A program made the translations under genes and the position numbers. DNA of 64,000 nucleotides from Eledone cirrhosa (Eukaryota): NCBI GenBank assembly GCA_964016885.1, contig OZ024758.1, positions 4,588,001-4,652,000 of the forward strand, written 5' to 3'. A model generated the notes under the pieces. It saw only the letters and a program-made list of their open reading frames with translations, had not been told where the DNA came from and made no database searches. Every line of letters begins with the position of its first letter. Position 1 is the first letter of the stretch. Of this stretch, positions 1-11,932 are shown in pieces.

Positions 1-314
1 ATGGAAATACTGATAGCTTTCAAATGTTGATGGATATTTGTTCTGTTGTGGCCTAAAGACACTACGTTGTTTATTTCTTTGTGAAAGGTTCCGTGAATCA
101 GTATTTAACCACTGACGCCATCATTCACCAATAGAAATGAATGACATAATAAATGGAATTTACAGTCAAAGAGGAATAATAATTTGTCAGACTATTCCAT
201 TAGGATCATGTTCTTCCGTAATTTTGTAAATATCTTAGAAAACTTAGGTTCTTCTTGTGTCATAATTTGTCACCAGAGACAATAACTAATTTATTAGTGT
301 ATATTGTTGATATA

Positions 315-365
<51 letters not shown>

Positions 366-367
<2 letters not shown>

Positions 368-424
368 AAAAGAGTCAGGACCCCGACGGCTGAGCTCCGG
401 CAGTTTCGACAACCAGATCGGAAC
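366..424 (-). mobile_element. TA-embedded element family B fragment (3' half of a hammerhead)
   Basis: Minus strand reads GTC-GAAACTGC-cggagctca-GCCGTC-ggggtc...cttttcc, homologous to 8001-8114; flanked by (TA)n on both sides. Confidence 0.6.
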
Positions 425-456
425 ATATATATATATATGTGTGTGTGTGTGTTATC

Positions 457-576
457 TTCACTCGAAGGGAAGCTTTCAAGGCTTTCCTGTTGATTTCCTT
501 CGAATGAAGCAGTTCTACCCCTGTAGAAGCCATTTCTATATTAAATATTTATATATCCCGATTGAACCTGGGATAC
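457..576 (+). mobile_element. TA/TG-embedded element family A with mutated type I hammerhead (480-531)
   Basis: GGCTTTC-CTGTTGA-T-TTC cttc GAA-T-GAAG-CAG ttctaccc CTG-TA-GAAGCC; 457-471 is an inverted copy of 494-508; ends in ATTGAACCTGGGATA; homologous to 60985-61180. Confidence 0.65.
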
Positions 577-703
577 ATATATATATGTGTATGTATGTAT
601 GCATGTATGCATGTATGTGTGCGTGTGCGCGCGTGTGTGTGCGTGTGCGTGTGTGCTTACAAGCACGTATTCACTTGTGCACACACATACAGATAGAGAG
701 TCC

Positions 704-705
<2 letters not shown>

Positions 706-797
<92 letters not shown>
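706..797. repeat. (GA)n microsatellite
   Basis: Pure GA run. Confidence 0.95.
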
Positions 798-801
<4 letters not shown>

Positions 802-1631
802 TATTTACAATATCAATATCTTAAAATGCAACAAAACTATGAATTTCCTGCGAAAACAATATAGTACATAATATTGATACTAAGATATCAACTCGGATGA
901 GATAGAAAATGAGATCAACCTCATTCCCATGTGAACTCAATATTCAAGAACGATATGAAAGGGTTGTACAATATAATAGGCTTGTACCTGGATACGCTTC
1001 CTTTCTAACAACTCACTATTTGTAAAACTAAACTCATATTGAAACATTAGAGAAATTCGCTTGTAAACTAGCAGGTGCAATTGAAATGTCTTTTATATCT
1101 AGTTGTACAGAAAGGTGTACAGAACGGAAAGTTTATTAACTGATTACGGGAACGGATTTCGTTGTAATCCTTGTAAATATCTCTAAAACTGCAGGTGTTA
1201 ATGTCTCGAGACAAAACATGTGAAGAAGTTAAACAAGGGTGAGAACTAGAAACAAACAAGAGATGTAAAGAATAAGCTAAATAAATGGAAACACGTCAGT
1301 AAGAATGTGACAGTAAGAGATAAACGATAGAATATCAGATTCACACGTTGTTATGTAATACAACAATATATCGACGCCATATTTATATCTACCATAAATT
1401 TATTTAACATAGAGAAAGCTATAGATTTATAAAAGACGACATAGGTGTAAATCTTTTTCTTTATTTATCTCTCCCTTTCTTTTTCTACACGTTTCTCTCT
1501 CTCTCCGTCTTTTTACTTATCTTTAACACTATGACTTACTAAAGTAAACAAACCACTATCCTGATGTCTTCCAAAAGTAACGGTCTCATTTTAAAAAGGG
1601 CACGTCAATGTTTATTTAAAAACTGGTATAA

Positions 1632-1702
1632 ATTGTATTTTGTCTGATGAAGGCATACCATAATTTAACTTGGTATCCTTGAAATATGTATAATGAAATA
1701 AA
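1632..1702 (+). ncRNA. Minimal type I hammerhead ribozyme, family D
   Basis: tattttgt-CTGATGA(1644-1650)-AGGCATACCA/TGGTATCCTT stem II-GAAA(1681-1684)-TATGTATA-atgaaata; element continues to (TA)n at 1741; homologous to 47197-47306. Confidence 0.65.
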
Positions 1703-1739
1703 TATGGTGTTATAAATATAGTTTCCATTTGTTAATATC

Positions 1740-1773
<34 letters not shown>

Positions 1774-1830
1774 ATGTCTCTAATGTCATTGGAGAAGGCG
1801 TGACTGCTATATATATATATATATATATAT

Positions 1831-1990
1831 AGTGGTGGAACCCTGGAAGGTAACCTCCGTAGTAGTAGACCACTCAGTCCAAGGGACGAGTTAGGTAGAA
1901 GTGGTTACACAACAGTTAGTTCACCATACCGAGAACAATTGTTTCACCTTCGCGGATCTTCAGCTCGAGATGTGTATGGTTACATATTAT
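1831..1990 (-). mobile_element. TA-embedded element family F (candidate Penelope-like pLTR 3' end)
   Basis: GC-richer ~160 bp island between TA runs, containing the hammerhead at 1923-1980. Confidence 0.6.
1923..1980 (-). ncRNA. Type I hammerhead ribozyme with intact core and palindromic stem III
   Basis: Minus: ACCATAC-acatct-CGAG-CTGAAGA-T-CC gcgaa GG-T-GAAA-CAATTG-T-T-CTCG-GTATGGT. Stem I proximal CGAG/CTCG, distal ACCATAC/GTATGGT, predicted GUU cleavage between 1934 and 1933. Confidence 0.8.
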
Positions 1991-3159
1991 GTATATATAT
2001 CAGTAACGTCTTCCCCAATGACAGTAGAGGCATATTGTTAGGTGTATTAACTTCACATTGGAATCTAAACATCTCGTACTCGGATCACCGACACAGTTCA
2101 AAACAAATGCATCGTTCTTTCATTGATGTTATCATATTAAATTATTTATCGAGTACTGCAGAGATAAATTATTGCACACGATTCTACAACTCGGGGTTTC
2201 CTTACTACAATAAAATATTTTACTTTAAGATTTAAAGTGTTTTTCAAATTTATGAAAATTTAAAAGGAAAAGATTTGAGAGAAAAAAAAAAATGGATAAT
2301 TGCGGCGACCCCTGATTGTTTTCAGCAACCGAAACAAATAGAAAGTACTCTAAATCCAATGCTCTTAGGGGCGGCCCTGGTTCTTCTTATTTGCGAGTGA
2401 AAACCCACCTAGATTAGATTATATTTGAATATTACGTAATGGTATAAGAAAATACTTCTAGTCTTTAATGTTGTATTTACAGAGTATTTCTAGAAAAGTA
2501 CCTATCATGCCAAATGTAAGCAATGACAAGCGCTTTAATGTAAAACATTAAGCGCATGATGATCTTCTCTCGCAGTTAATTTTCCTTTTAATCCTTGTAC
2601 ATATATAAAGCCGTAGGAAAACTTAAACACATCATAAGTTCTAAATAGTTTGAACCTTTGTGTTGTGAAATGAAATTCGATGTAAGTTGAGTTCTTCAGA
2701 CGATTTTATAACAAGATTTTAACCAAATCGCTTTACAAACGCCACTAATGCTCCTCAGAAATACACTACCACAACCTACGTAGTATAGTTTTGTTTACTA
2801 ATCTAAATTCAATAAAGTTAAGCATTACATTAATGTAATGTCAATATGAATTTGGACAAGGCACAAAATTCTGCATATTTCATTTCCCCAAACTAACGAT
2901 AATACTTTCCCGGATTTTATGGAAATGTCACATACGATTGACTTTCCTCTTCTCCTATTCAAGACTCGAATGATTAATCTCTCATTCACACATAATCCTT
3001 CGCCATAAGCCCCTTGTGGTTTTCTAATAATATTTGAATATACAATATTCTGCGTAGATTACATTTGACAAAATGATAAATCAATATCAGATATGTAAAG
3101 GCTGATTGGGAGATGTTTCAACTTCAAAATAATTTTCAAATATTTCCTCAATTTAATTA

Positions 3160-3552
3160 ATATCCTACTGTGTATAATGTAGTATAATAATATCCTACTC
3201 TATATGATGTGGTATTATATATAATTTCTTACTATATATACTCTGATATATATAATATCCTGCTGTATATATTGTGATATTGTATATGATATCCTATACC
3301 ATACACTGTTGTATCATATATAATATCCTCCTCTCTATACTGTGGTATTATATATGATATATTCTATATACTGTGGTATTATATATATCTTACTGTATAT
3401 GCTGTAGTATTATAATATCTCACTATATACTGTTGTATTATATATAATATCTTACTGTATATGCTGTAGTATTATGATATCTTACTATATACTGTTGTAT
3501 TATATATAATATCTTACTATATATGCTGTAGTATTGTAATATCCTACTATAT
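3160..3552. repeat. Degenerate ~30 bp minisatellite
   Basis: Recurring ATAATATCYTACTRTATA(Y)RCTGTDGTATT units. Confidence 0.8.
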
Positions 3553-3591
3553 TCACCTGATATCCCTATATAAGAAACCATTATTAGTGTT

Positions 3592-3797
3592 GTATCGGTA
3601 GAGGGTCGGACGCCATGCTTTGACGCATGGGGTTACGGCCCTTGCCATTCTGAGTTCAAATCCCGCCGAGGTTAGCTTTGTCTTTCATCGAAACGGGGCC
3701 AATAAAATAAAGTACCAGTATTACACTGAGGGTTGATTTAATTGACTTTCCCCTCCCCCAAATTGCTGGCCTTGTGTCTAAAGTAGAAATAATTATT
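3592..3797 (+). mobile_element. tRNA-derived SINE family 1 (Meta-domain-like)
   Basis: B-box GAGTTCAAATCCC, core GCCTTTCATCCTTACGGGGTCGATAAAATAAAGTACCAG-like, tail GGCCTTGTG..AAAGTAGAAA-ATTATT; many copies in window. Confidence 0.85.
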
Positions 3798-3809
3798 TCT
3801 ATTCACAAG

Positions 3810-4025
3810 GGCGGTGGCTTGACAGTTTCGCTAGAGAGTCGGACGCCATGCTTTGCAGCAAAGATTTACGGCCCTTTACGGTCTGAGTTCAAATCCTGCC
3901 GAGGTTAACTTTGCCTTTTATCCTTACGGGGTCGATAAAATAAAGTACCAGTCACGCACTGGAGTCGATTTAATCGACTTTCCCTTCCGCCCAAATTGCT
4001 GGCCTTGTGTCTAAAGTAGAAATCT
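3810..4025 (+). mobile_element. SINE family 1, full length
   Basis: Same consensus; near-identical target duplication TTATTT(C/A)TATTCACA at 3793-3807 and 4026-4040. Confidence 0.85.
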
Positions 4026-4524
4026 TTATTTATATTCACATTTTAAACATATTTACCTATTATTTTTCAATATAAAACATTTTTAAAAATCATGTGATAA
4101 CTTCCTTTAAAATAATTTCCATAAAAATTATCTCTTCGTCTATTATTTCATTTTTACACGAATAATAAGAAGAAAATAAGAATAATCACTTTCTTACTCC
4201 AGATAAATAATATTTCTTCTTACCAAATACTATCAAAACCCAACCTATTCCATATCATTGTTCTCATTATCAGAAAAATATTTCTCCTACCTGAAAAACA
4301 CATCTTTATCTTTTACAGCCTTCAGCCAGATCTTTCCTCAGCTACATCTATCTTAGTGTCTCTCACCTTTTCTTTAAATATGACTGTTTTACCTAAAATA
4401 TATCCTGTGTTTATTAGTTTTCTCCTGCACCAAAATATAATGGATTATATGGTGTGTATTCAAACCTAATTGTCCCTTACACACTCCGTTTCATTCCATT
4501 TCTCCAGTCATTTGCCCTTCATTT

Positions 4525-5848
<1,324 letters not shown>

Positions 5849-6097
5849 AACATTGTCATGTACACACACAAAGAAATCATATGAGAGAGAGAAAGAGAGA
5901 AAGTGGGAGGAGAAATAAATGGATGTATATTTTGGTTAGGGTTTGCTCTAAATATATCTTTCATACCTCTTCATCTGTCTGTCACTCTTTTTACCCCCCC
6001 CCCCCACCCCGCCCCACACACACACACAGAAACATACAAATACTTAAGCTTATATTAATTTTTCTACTTTACTCTATCTCCCTACCAGATTTACCCA

Positions 6098-6428
6098 TAT
6101 AACGTTCTCGTCATCCAAATCTCACTCACCATCTCAAACTCTCGTAGATTCTCTTTGTCTGCACTTCCTCTGTATTGTACCCTGCCATATAGACAATAGA
6201 TCCCTGGAAAAATTACATAGCTTTTCTACCATAAATACTTACGATTTTATCTATTCTTCAGCTTTATCTATCTCACTACCACGTTCTCTAATATAACGCT
6301 CTCGTCATCCAAATCTCACTCACTATCTCAAACTCTCGTAGATTCTCTTTGCCTTCACTTCCTCTTGTGTTATTCCCTGCCATGTAGACAATAGATCCCT
6401 GGAAAAATTCCATAGCTTTTCTACCATA
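6098..6428. repeat. Direct duplication of ~135 bp
   Basis: 6098-6233 matches 6292-6428 (TATAACG.TCTCGTCATCCAAATCTCACTCAC...CTTTTCTACCATA). Confidence 0.85.
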
Positions 6429-6729
6429 GCAACGATAGCACTGTTGAATAGATATATTTAATCTTATGGTTAAATTATTTCTCAACAACTGATTACTTCC
6501 CATCAAACATTATATCTCTTTCTCTATTTATCTTTCGTTATAATTTATTCTAGATATTTATTTTATTGTCAATGTTTGAAAGAAGTACTTTGCTTGGAAA
6601 TTTTACGGTTCAACAAATCATTTGTCTTGGAAATTGGCGAGTACAACTGTCTACTACATCATCAGTGGCCGTACTAATGGTGGCAAGTTGGGTACAGAAA
6701 TAGAGGTTTGCCAATAATAACAACTATAG

Positions 6730-6915
6730 TGATAATGACGATGGTGATGATGGTGTTGACGATTTGGTGGTGGTGGTGGTGATCGTGATGGTGATGGTGG
6801 TGGTAGTGGCGGTGATGGTGGTGGCGATGATGATGATGATGACGATAACGGCGGTGGTGATGATGGTGATGGCGAGGAACATGGTGACGATGACGATGAT
6901 GATGATAATAGTGAT
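6730..6915. repeat. (GAT/GGT)n trinucleotide repeat
   Basis: Direct reading; source of the poly-His ORF. Confidence 0.9.
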
Positions 6916-7189
6916 CACGTGAGGAAGGAGGAGTGGCGGGGTAAGTGGATGAGGCGGGGGAGGAATACATTAATAATTGTTAATATAGGCACAGAGCCAC
7001 AATTTTAGAGGAAAGTTTGATATGGTCTATTAGATCAATCCCTGGAAACTTAACGATGTAATGATTTAGTGTTAGTTGTGCTTGAATGAAAATATAGAAG
7101 ATATGAGCTAATAAAATGTTCCTACATGGCCAGAGGGTTTTTCTAGAGCTGCCACCTCTCCGAATTGAGGGGTCACAGCTCAGATACTA

Positions 7190-7450
7190 TAGGAATGTAG
7201 TTAAAATGTCTCAGAAAAGAATCGCTGAACTGATTTCATGGGCAAAACCAACCAGCAGGAGTCCCAGAGGTAGACCCTGAGCAAGAGGTTTTCATAGCAT
7301 CTGTGTGTTTGGCTGGTCTCGCTTGAGGGTCCAGCTGGATCAACTGGTGGCAGTTGCTTCTGACTGGACCCCTATGGAGGACTGTGCACCCACAACCCAA
7401 GAAGAAGAAGAAGAAGAAGAAAAAGAAAAAGAAAGAGGAGGAGGAGGACC
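7190..7450 (+). mobile_element. Decayed RTE-type LINE 3' end with (GAA)n tail
   Basis: Homologous to the reverse complement of 25727-25950 (ggctggtctcgctt..tccagc..caact..cagttgc.tctgac.ggacc), followed by AAG repeats. Confidence 0.6.
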
Positions 7451-8000
7451 AGAAAAGAAGGGTATTTTATTGACATAAACTCTAGAATAAAACCGACAGA
7501 GTTATTAAAACCAAATTCAAAATTTGCTATCTTTATTTTTCTCTATATTCTAACTGATTGTGTATGATTACTGAAAACAGCCTGGTATTAAAACGTGTCT
7601 GTATAGTTTAAACAAGCTTTGTTTGAATAAGGTAAACAAAACCTATCAACCATGTCGATTATATAACATTCTCAGAATTTCACCAAAGAGCTTTTAATTT
7701 CCTAAGTTTTTCATATGGAAAAATAATAATTGATGTTTAGTTGTTTTGTGAAAATAATGTGTACAAAAATATAGCTAATATTATTCCAAGTGAAAGTAAA
7801 ATGTTGGTTTGCTCGCTTCGGTTTCAACTGGGAATTAATCTTAATCAGTAAACGATTATAATATAACATAAATCTATATTATTCACTCGTTGACTTGGTT
7901 GAAAGCCAAAATACTGAGTGTATATTTCTACAATATATTTATTGTACTGTGTTGTACCACAGGCTCTGTATTGTTACTTCAATTATATATATATATATAT

Positions 8001-8190
8001 AGGAAAAAGTATGACCCCGACGGCAGCGCTCAAGCCGTTTCGACGGCTATTTCTGGACCGAAATAGCCGTCGAAACGGCTTGAGCTCTGCCGTCGTGGTC
8101 ATACTTTTTCCTATTTTCCACTCTACTACTCTAAGTATTGAGTACTCTGGTGCGTTATCGTCCATCTGGTTCCTTACCACATTTCCTTTG

Positions 8191-8192
<2 letters not shown>
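8001..8192 (+). mobile_element. TA-embedded family B element, palindrome 7999-8114 plus 3' terminus
   Basis: Near-perfect inverted arms around loop TGGACC (8054-8059); each arm has GAAACGGC-ttgagc(t/g)ct-GCCGTC, i.e. hammerhead GAAA, stem III and GUC; TA on both sides. Confidence 0.75.
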
Positions 8193-8226
<34 letters not shown>

Positions 8227-8239
8227 TTGCGAGGTTTTT

Positions 8240-8597
8240 GATATATCTGTATTTTTGACCGTTGGTCAGTCAATGGTAACATTGAGGACCGAATAAATTA
8301 AATTAACCGATATAAAAGATACAGAAGCGAAAAGCAACCAAAGAGTGAGTGTGTTCTGTTATTAATTCTGGCAATGATGGATTGGCAGTATTAGTAGAGG
8401 GTCGGACGCCATGCTTTGACGCATAGAGTTACGGCCCTTGACATTCTGAGTTCATATCCCGCCAAGGTTAACTTTGCCTTTCATCCTTACGGGTTCGATA
8501 AAATAAAGTACCAGTAATACACTGGGTAATTGCTGGCCTTGTGCCTAAAGTAGAAACAATTATTACACAATTATGACCCTCCCCAAGTATAACAATA
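8240..8597 (+). mobile_element. Dispersed repeat family X interrupted by a SINE
   Basis: Matches 11655-11932 and uninterrupted 39899-40049; ends ACCCTCCCCAAGTATAACAA then (TA)n. Confidence 0.7.
8379..8565 (+). mobile_element. SINE family 1
   Basis: Matches consensus, short-body variant. Confidence 0.85.
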
Positions 8598-8616
8598 TAT
8601 ATATATATATATATAT

Positions 8617-8921
8617 AGGAACCAGTAAGACCCCGACAGCTGAGCTCAAGCCGTTTCGACGGCTAATTCTGGACTGAATTAGCGTCCAGAATTAGCCGTC
8701 GAAACGGCTTGAGCTCAGCTGTCGGGGTCTTACTGGTTCCTATTACCCCGACGGCAGAGCTCAAGCCGTTTCGACGGCTATTTCTGGACTGAAATAGCCG
8801 TCGAAACGGCTTGAGCTCTGCCGTCGTGGTCATACTTTTTCCTATTTTCCACTCTACTACCCCAAGTATTGAGTACTTTGGTGCGTTATGGTCCACCTGG
8901 TTCCTTACCACATTTCCTTCG

Positions 8922-8923
<2 letters not shown>
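8617..8923 (+). mobile_element. TA-embedded family B element with two consecutive palindromes
   Basis: Palindrome 8615-8743 then palindrome 8745-8830, running on to the same terminus as 8192 (CCTTACCACATTTCCTTCGTT-TA). Confidence 0.75.
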
Positions 8924-8967
<44 letters not shown>

Positions 8968-8969
<2 letters not shown>

Positions 8970-9437
8970 GTTTAAAAATGGAATGAGAATAAGAAGAAAG
9001 CAAGAGGGGGGGGGGTATTTTACTCATCAGTTGTCTACTGGAGGTCTCGGATATTTCAACGGTATAAAGACAATATATCTACCCCCAGAACGTTCAATAA
9101 CTGGGTAAGTTATTGGAAAGACGGAGGAGGGGGGAATGAAAATAGAAGAGATCCTCTTACCTTAAGTTGGTCGCACATTCCTCGATTTGTTGTTTTTTTT
9201 CGCTGTTTTCTCTCTTCTTCCCTTTTTTCCCTCCCTCCCTCCTCCGTCTTCCCAATAACTTACCCGGTTATAGAACCCTCTGGGTGTAGATATATTGTCT
9301 TTAAAGCGTTGAAATATCCGAGACCCTCCAGTAGACAACTGATGAGGAACCCACCCCCGTCTATGCTTTCTTCTTATTCTCATTCCAATTTTAAACCTAC
9401 CTTAACTAGCAACTACACAGCCAACACTATTCTCAAT
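8968..9437 (+). mobile_element. TA/TG-embedded inverted-repeat element family E
   Basis: 8969-9133 is a diverged reverse complement of 9234-9397; both arms keep TAGACAACTGATGAG. Confidence 0.65.
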
Positions 9438-9682
9438 GTGAGTGTGCGGGTGCGTGCGTGCGTGCGTGTATATATATATATATCACATTTTTTTATTTCT
9501 TTGACCCGAATTACTTGGTCGTTTCTATGACTGTGCGGATAATGGTTTAACCATCGTCTCAGTGTGTTTGGCCTTTTACCGTATGTTGTAGCTCTGGTTC
9601 GTTAGAATTTATTGAGCGCTTGCCACACATCTCGGAAGTTATTTTTCGCTAATTTCCAATAGCCGAAATACGATTCTCGCTA

Positions 9683-9730
<48 letters not shown>

Positions 9731-10608
9731 GGAGTGTAACGCGGAGTTACTTTAGGTTCACCCAGGGGAGCACCCGATATTTAGGTTCACGTCACTAATG
9801 TTTCTCCTAATGCAGTTTATATATAATATCGTCTTTTTTTAATGTATCATGGATTACTTTACTGATTACATAAGAGAGTGTAACACAGTCTTCGTTCAAT
9901 TACTTTGTATATTGTCAATTACGATTTTATTTGATGTATAATATCTACATGCATATATATACTTGCGTATAATATCAATATGCACACTACATATGCTAGC
10001 AGAAAACCACCCCAAAGGGTGGTTTGTCTGCTGGTCAGGTCATTATAGTAATCAATTATTCATGATAGATTATTTTCCTTAAAGTTCTCATTAATGTTCT
10101 TCTATTCCAAATTTGCAGCTAGGTGCACTGAGCTGTTTGAAATTTAAGTGACTGCATTAGGGTCAAAAGATTCTTACAATGATGAAATAGGAACTGGGTG
10201 ACTACATATCAGACAAGCTTAACAGCTTATGCACTCGAGCATATGCCACTTTCAATTAATATATAAGTGTAGATTAATGCATTATGTTCGTGTAATGGTG
10301 ACGTAAATGTTACGATTTATATATTTCTCTACTATCCAAGCATATATCTCTGTCTTCAATGCTACTGCACATTTCCGATATATGTTAATTGTTTTCTTCT
10401 TGTTTTTGCTTTTCTCTGCTTTCCTAAACGCTTCATTTGCTCAAATGAATATTTCGGTTATAATATGTATGAGATGTTAGTAATTATATGATAACCATTA
10501 TAACCACCATCAATTACATTTAATATCTTAAATGGGTGCAGATATTGATGTGTAGATAAGATATAAGGTTTGCATTAAGGGCGTTCAACGTTCTAATCTA
10601 ATCCATGT

Positions 10609-10796
10609 AATAATTGTTTCTACTTTTGGCACAAGGCCAGCAATTACCCCAGTGTATAACTGGTACTTTATTGTATCGACAACATAATGATGAAAGACAA
10701 AGTTAACCTCGTCGGGATTTGAACTCAGAGCGTAAAGGGCCGTAACTATGCTGCAAAGCATGGTGTCCGATTCTCTACCCATAATGCCAATCCAAC
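10609..10796 (-). mobile_element. SINE family 1
   Basis: Reverse complement of consensus; a further partial + copy follows at ~10803-10880. Confidence 0.85.
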
Positions 10797-11595
10797 ATTA
10801 TCAAAATAAAGTACCAGTAATGTACTGGTTCGATTTAATTGATTTTTCCCCTCCTCCTTATGCCTAGATCAGAAACCGCTATATTATGTTCTACCTACCA
10901 AATACACAACTTGATCAACGTTTTCTGATTTATCAACATTTACTTTTAACATCGTATCGACAACACCCCGCATATCCACCCCTTCGTTGCTATCATGTTT
11001 CTAACATCTCTCATAAAGCTGTCATCTAGCTAGATCAAAGTACTATACATTTCTAGTTTTACAATTGTTTTAGTCTGTCTGTAGCATAAGATTTACAGAC
11101 GGTACTTGCTGAAACATAACAACGACATACATAGGAGAGAGAGCTAGGAGCATAAGAGAGAGAATAGACCAACACTGGGCTGGGCTGAACTAAAAGGGCA
11201 GAAAGACGGTTCGGTACTATATGAACACGCCAGAGGAAGACATGATGGTAATATAGACAACACAGAAACTAAAATAATATCTAAGCATAGAAATGACTCA
11301 TCAGGTAGATAAATCAGAGAAGTAACAGAAATAGAATTATGAAAACCGAATTTTAACAGAAAAAAAAAATGAATGGAATAACAACAACAACAACAACCAT
11401 GCACAAACATAATACTGACCTAAGATGAATATGAATAAATGTACACAGGTACAATAACAACAACCACACATAAACACACACTAATGAACAAAGATAGAAT
11501 GCAAACACAGAAACGCATGCACAAACAAAGACAGGAATAAATAAATAAATAAATAATAGAAAAGACATTACAATACACCGGGAGGTAACATAATA

Positions 11596-11932
11596 GTACC
11601 ACTGATGATGTCACAGGTGTGTGATGAAAGAACTTTGATAGACTATATATATATTTATATCTATATTTTTAACCGTTGGTCAATCAATGATAAACATTGA
11701 TTGCCAGATAAATTAACTATACAGATATAAAATATAGAGAAGCGAAAACCAATCCAAACCAAACAGTGGGTGTCTTTTATTATTATTCCCGTCGAGGTTA
11801 ACTTTGCCTTTCATGCTTACGGGGTCGATAAAATAAAGTACCAGTAATGTACTGGGGTAATTGCTGGCCTTGTGCCAAAAGTAGAAACAATTATTATTTC
11901 GGACAATATTATAACAATATGACCCTCCGCAT
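11596..11932 (+). mobile_element. Repeat family X with internal SINE 3' half (11788-11897) and upstream hammerhead-like motif
   Basis: Homology to 8240 and 39899; preceded by GTACCA-CTGATGA-T-GTCAC..GTGAT-GAAA. Confidence 0.6.

Noticed and set aside
3592-3670. tRNA-like A/B boxes here and in other SINE heads
   Set aside because: They are SINE 5' regions with no complete cloverleaf; not tRNA genes
7918-8282. Similar peptides on both strands (KPFRRLF...NSRRNGLSS)
   Set aside because: Consequence of the DNA palindrome, not coding
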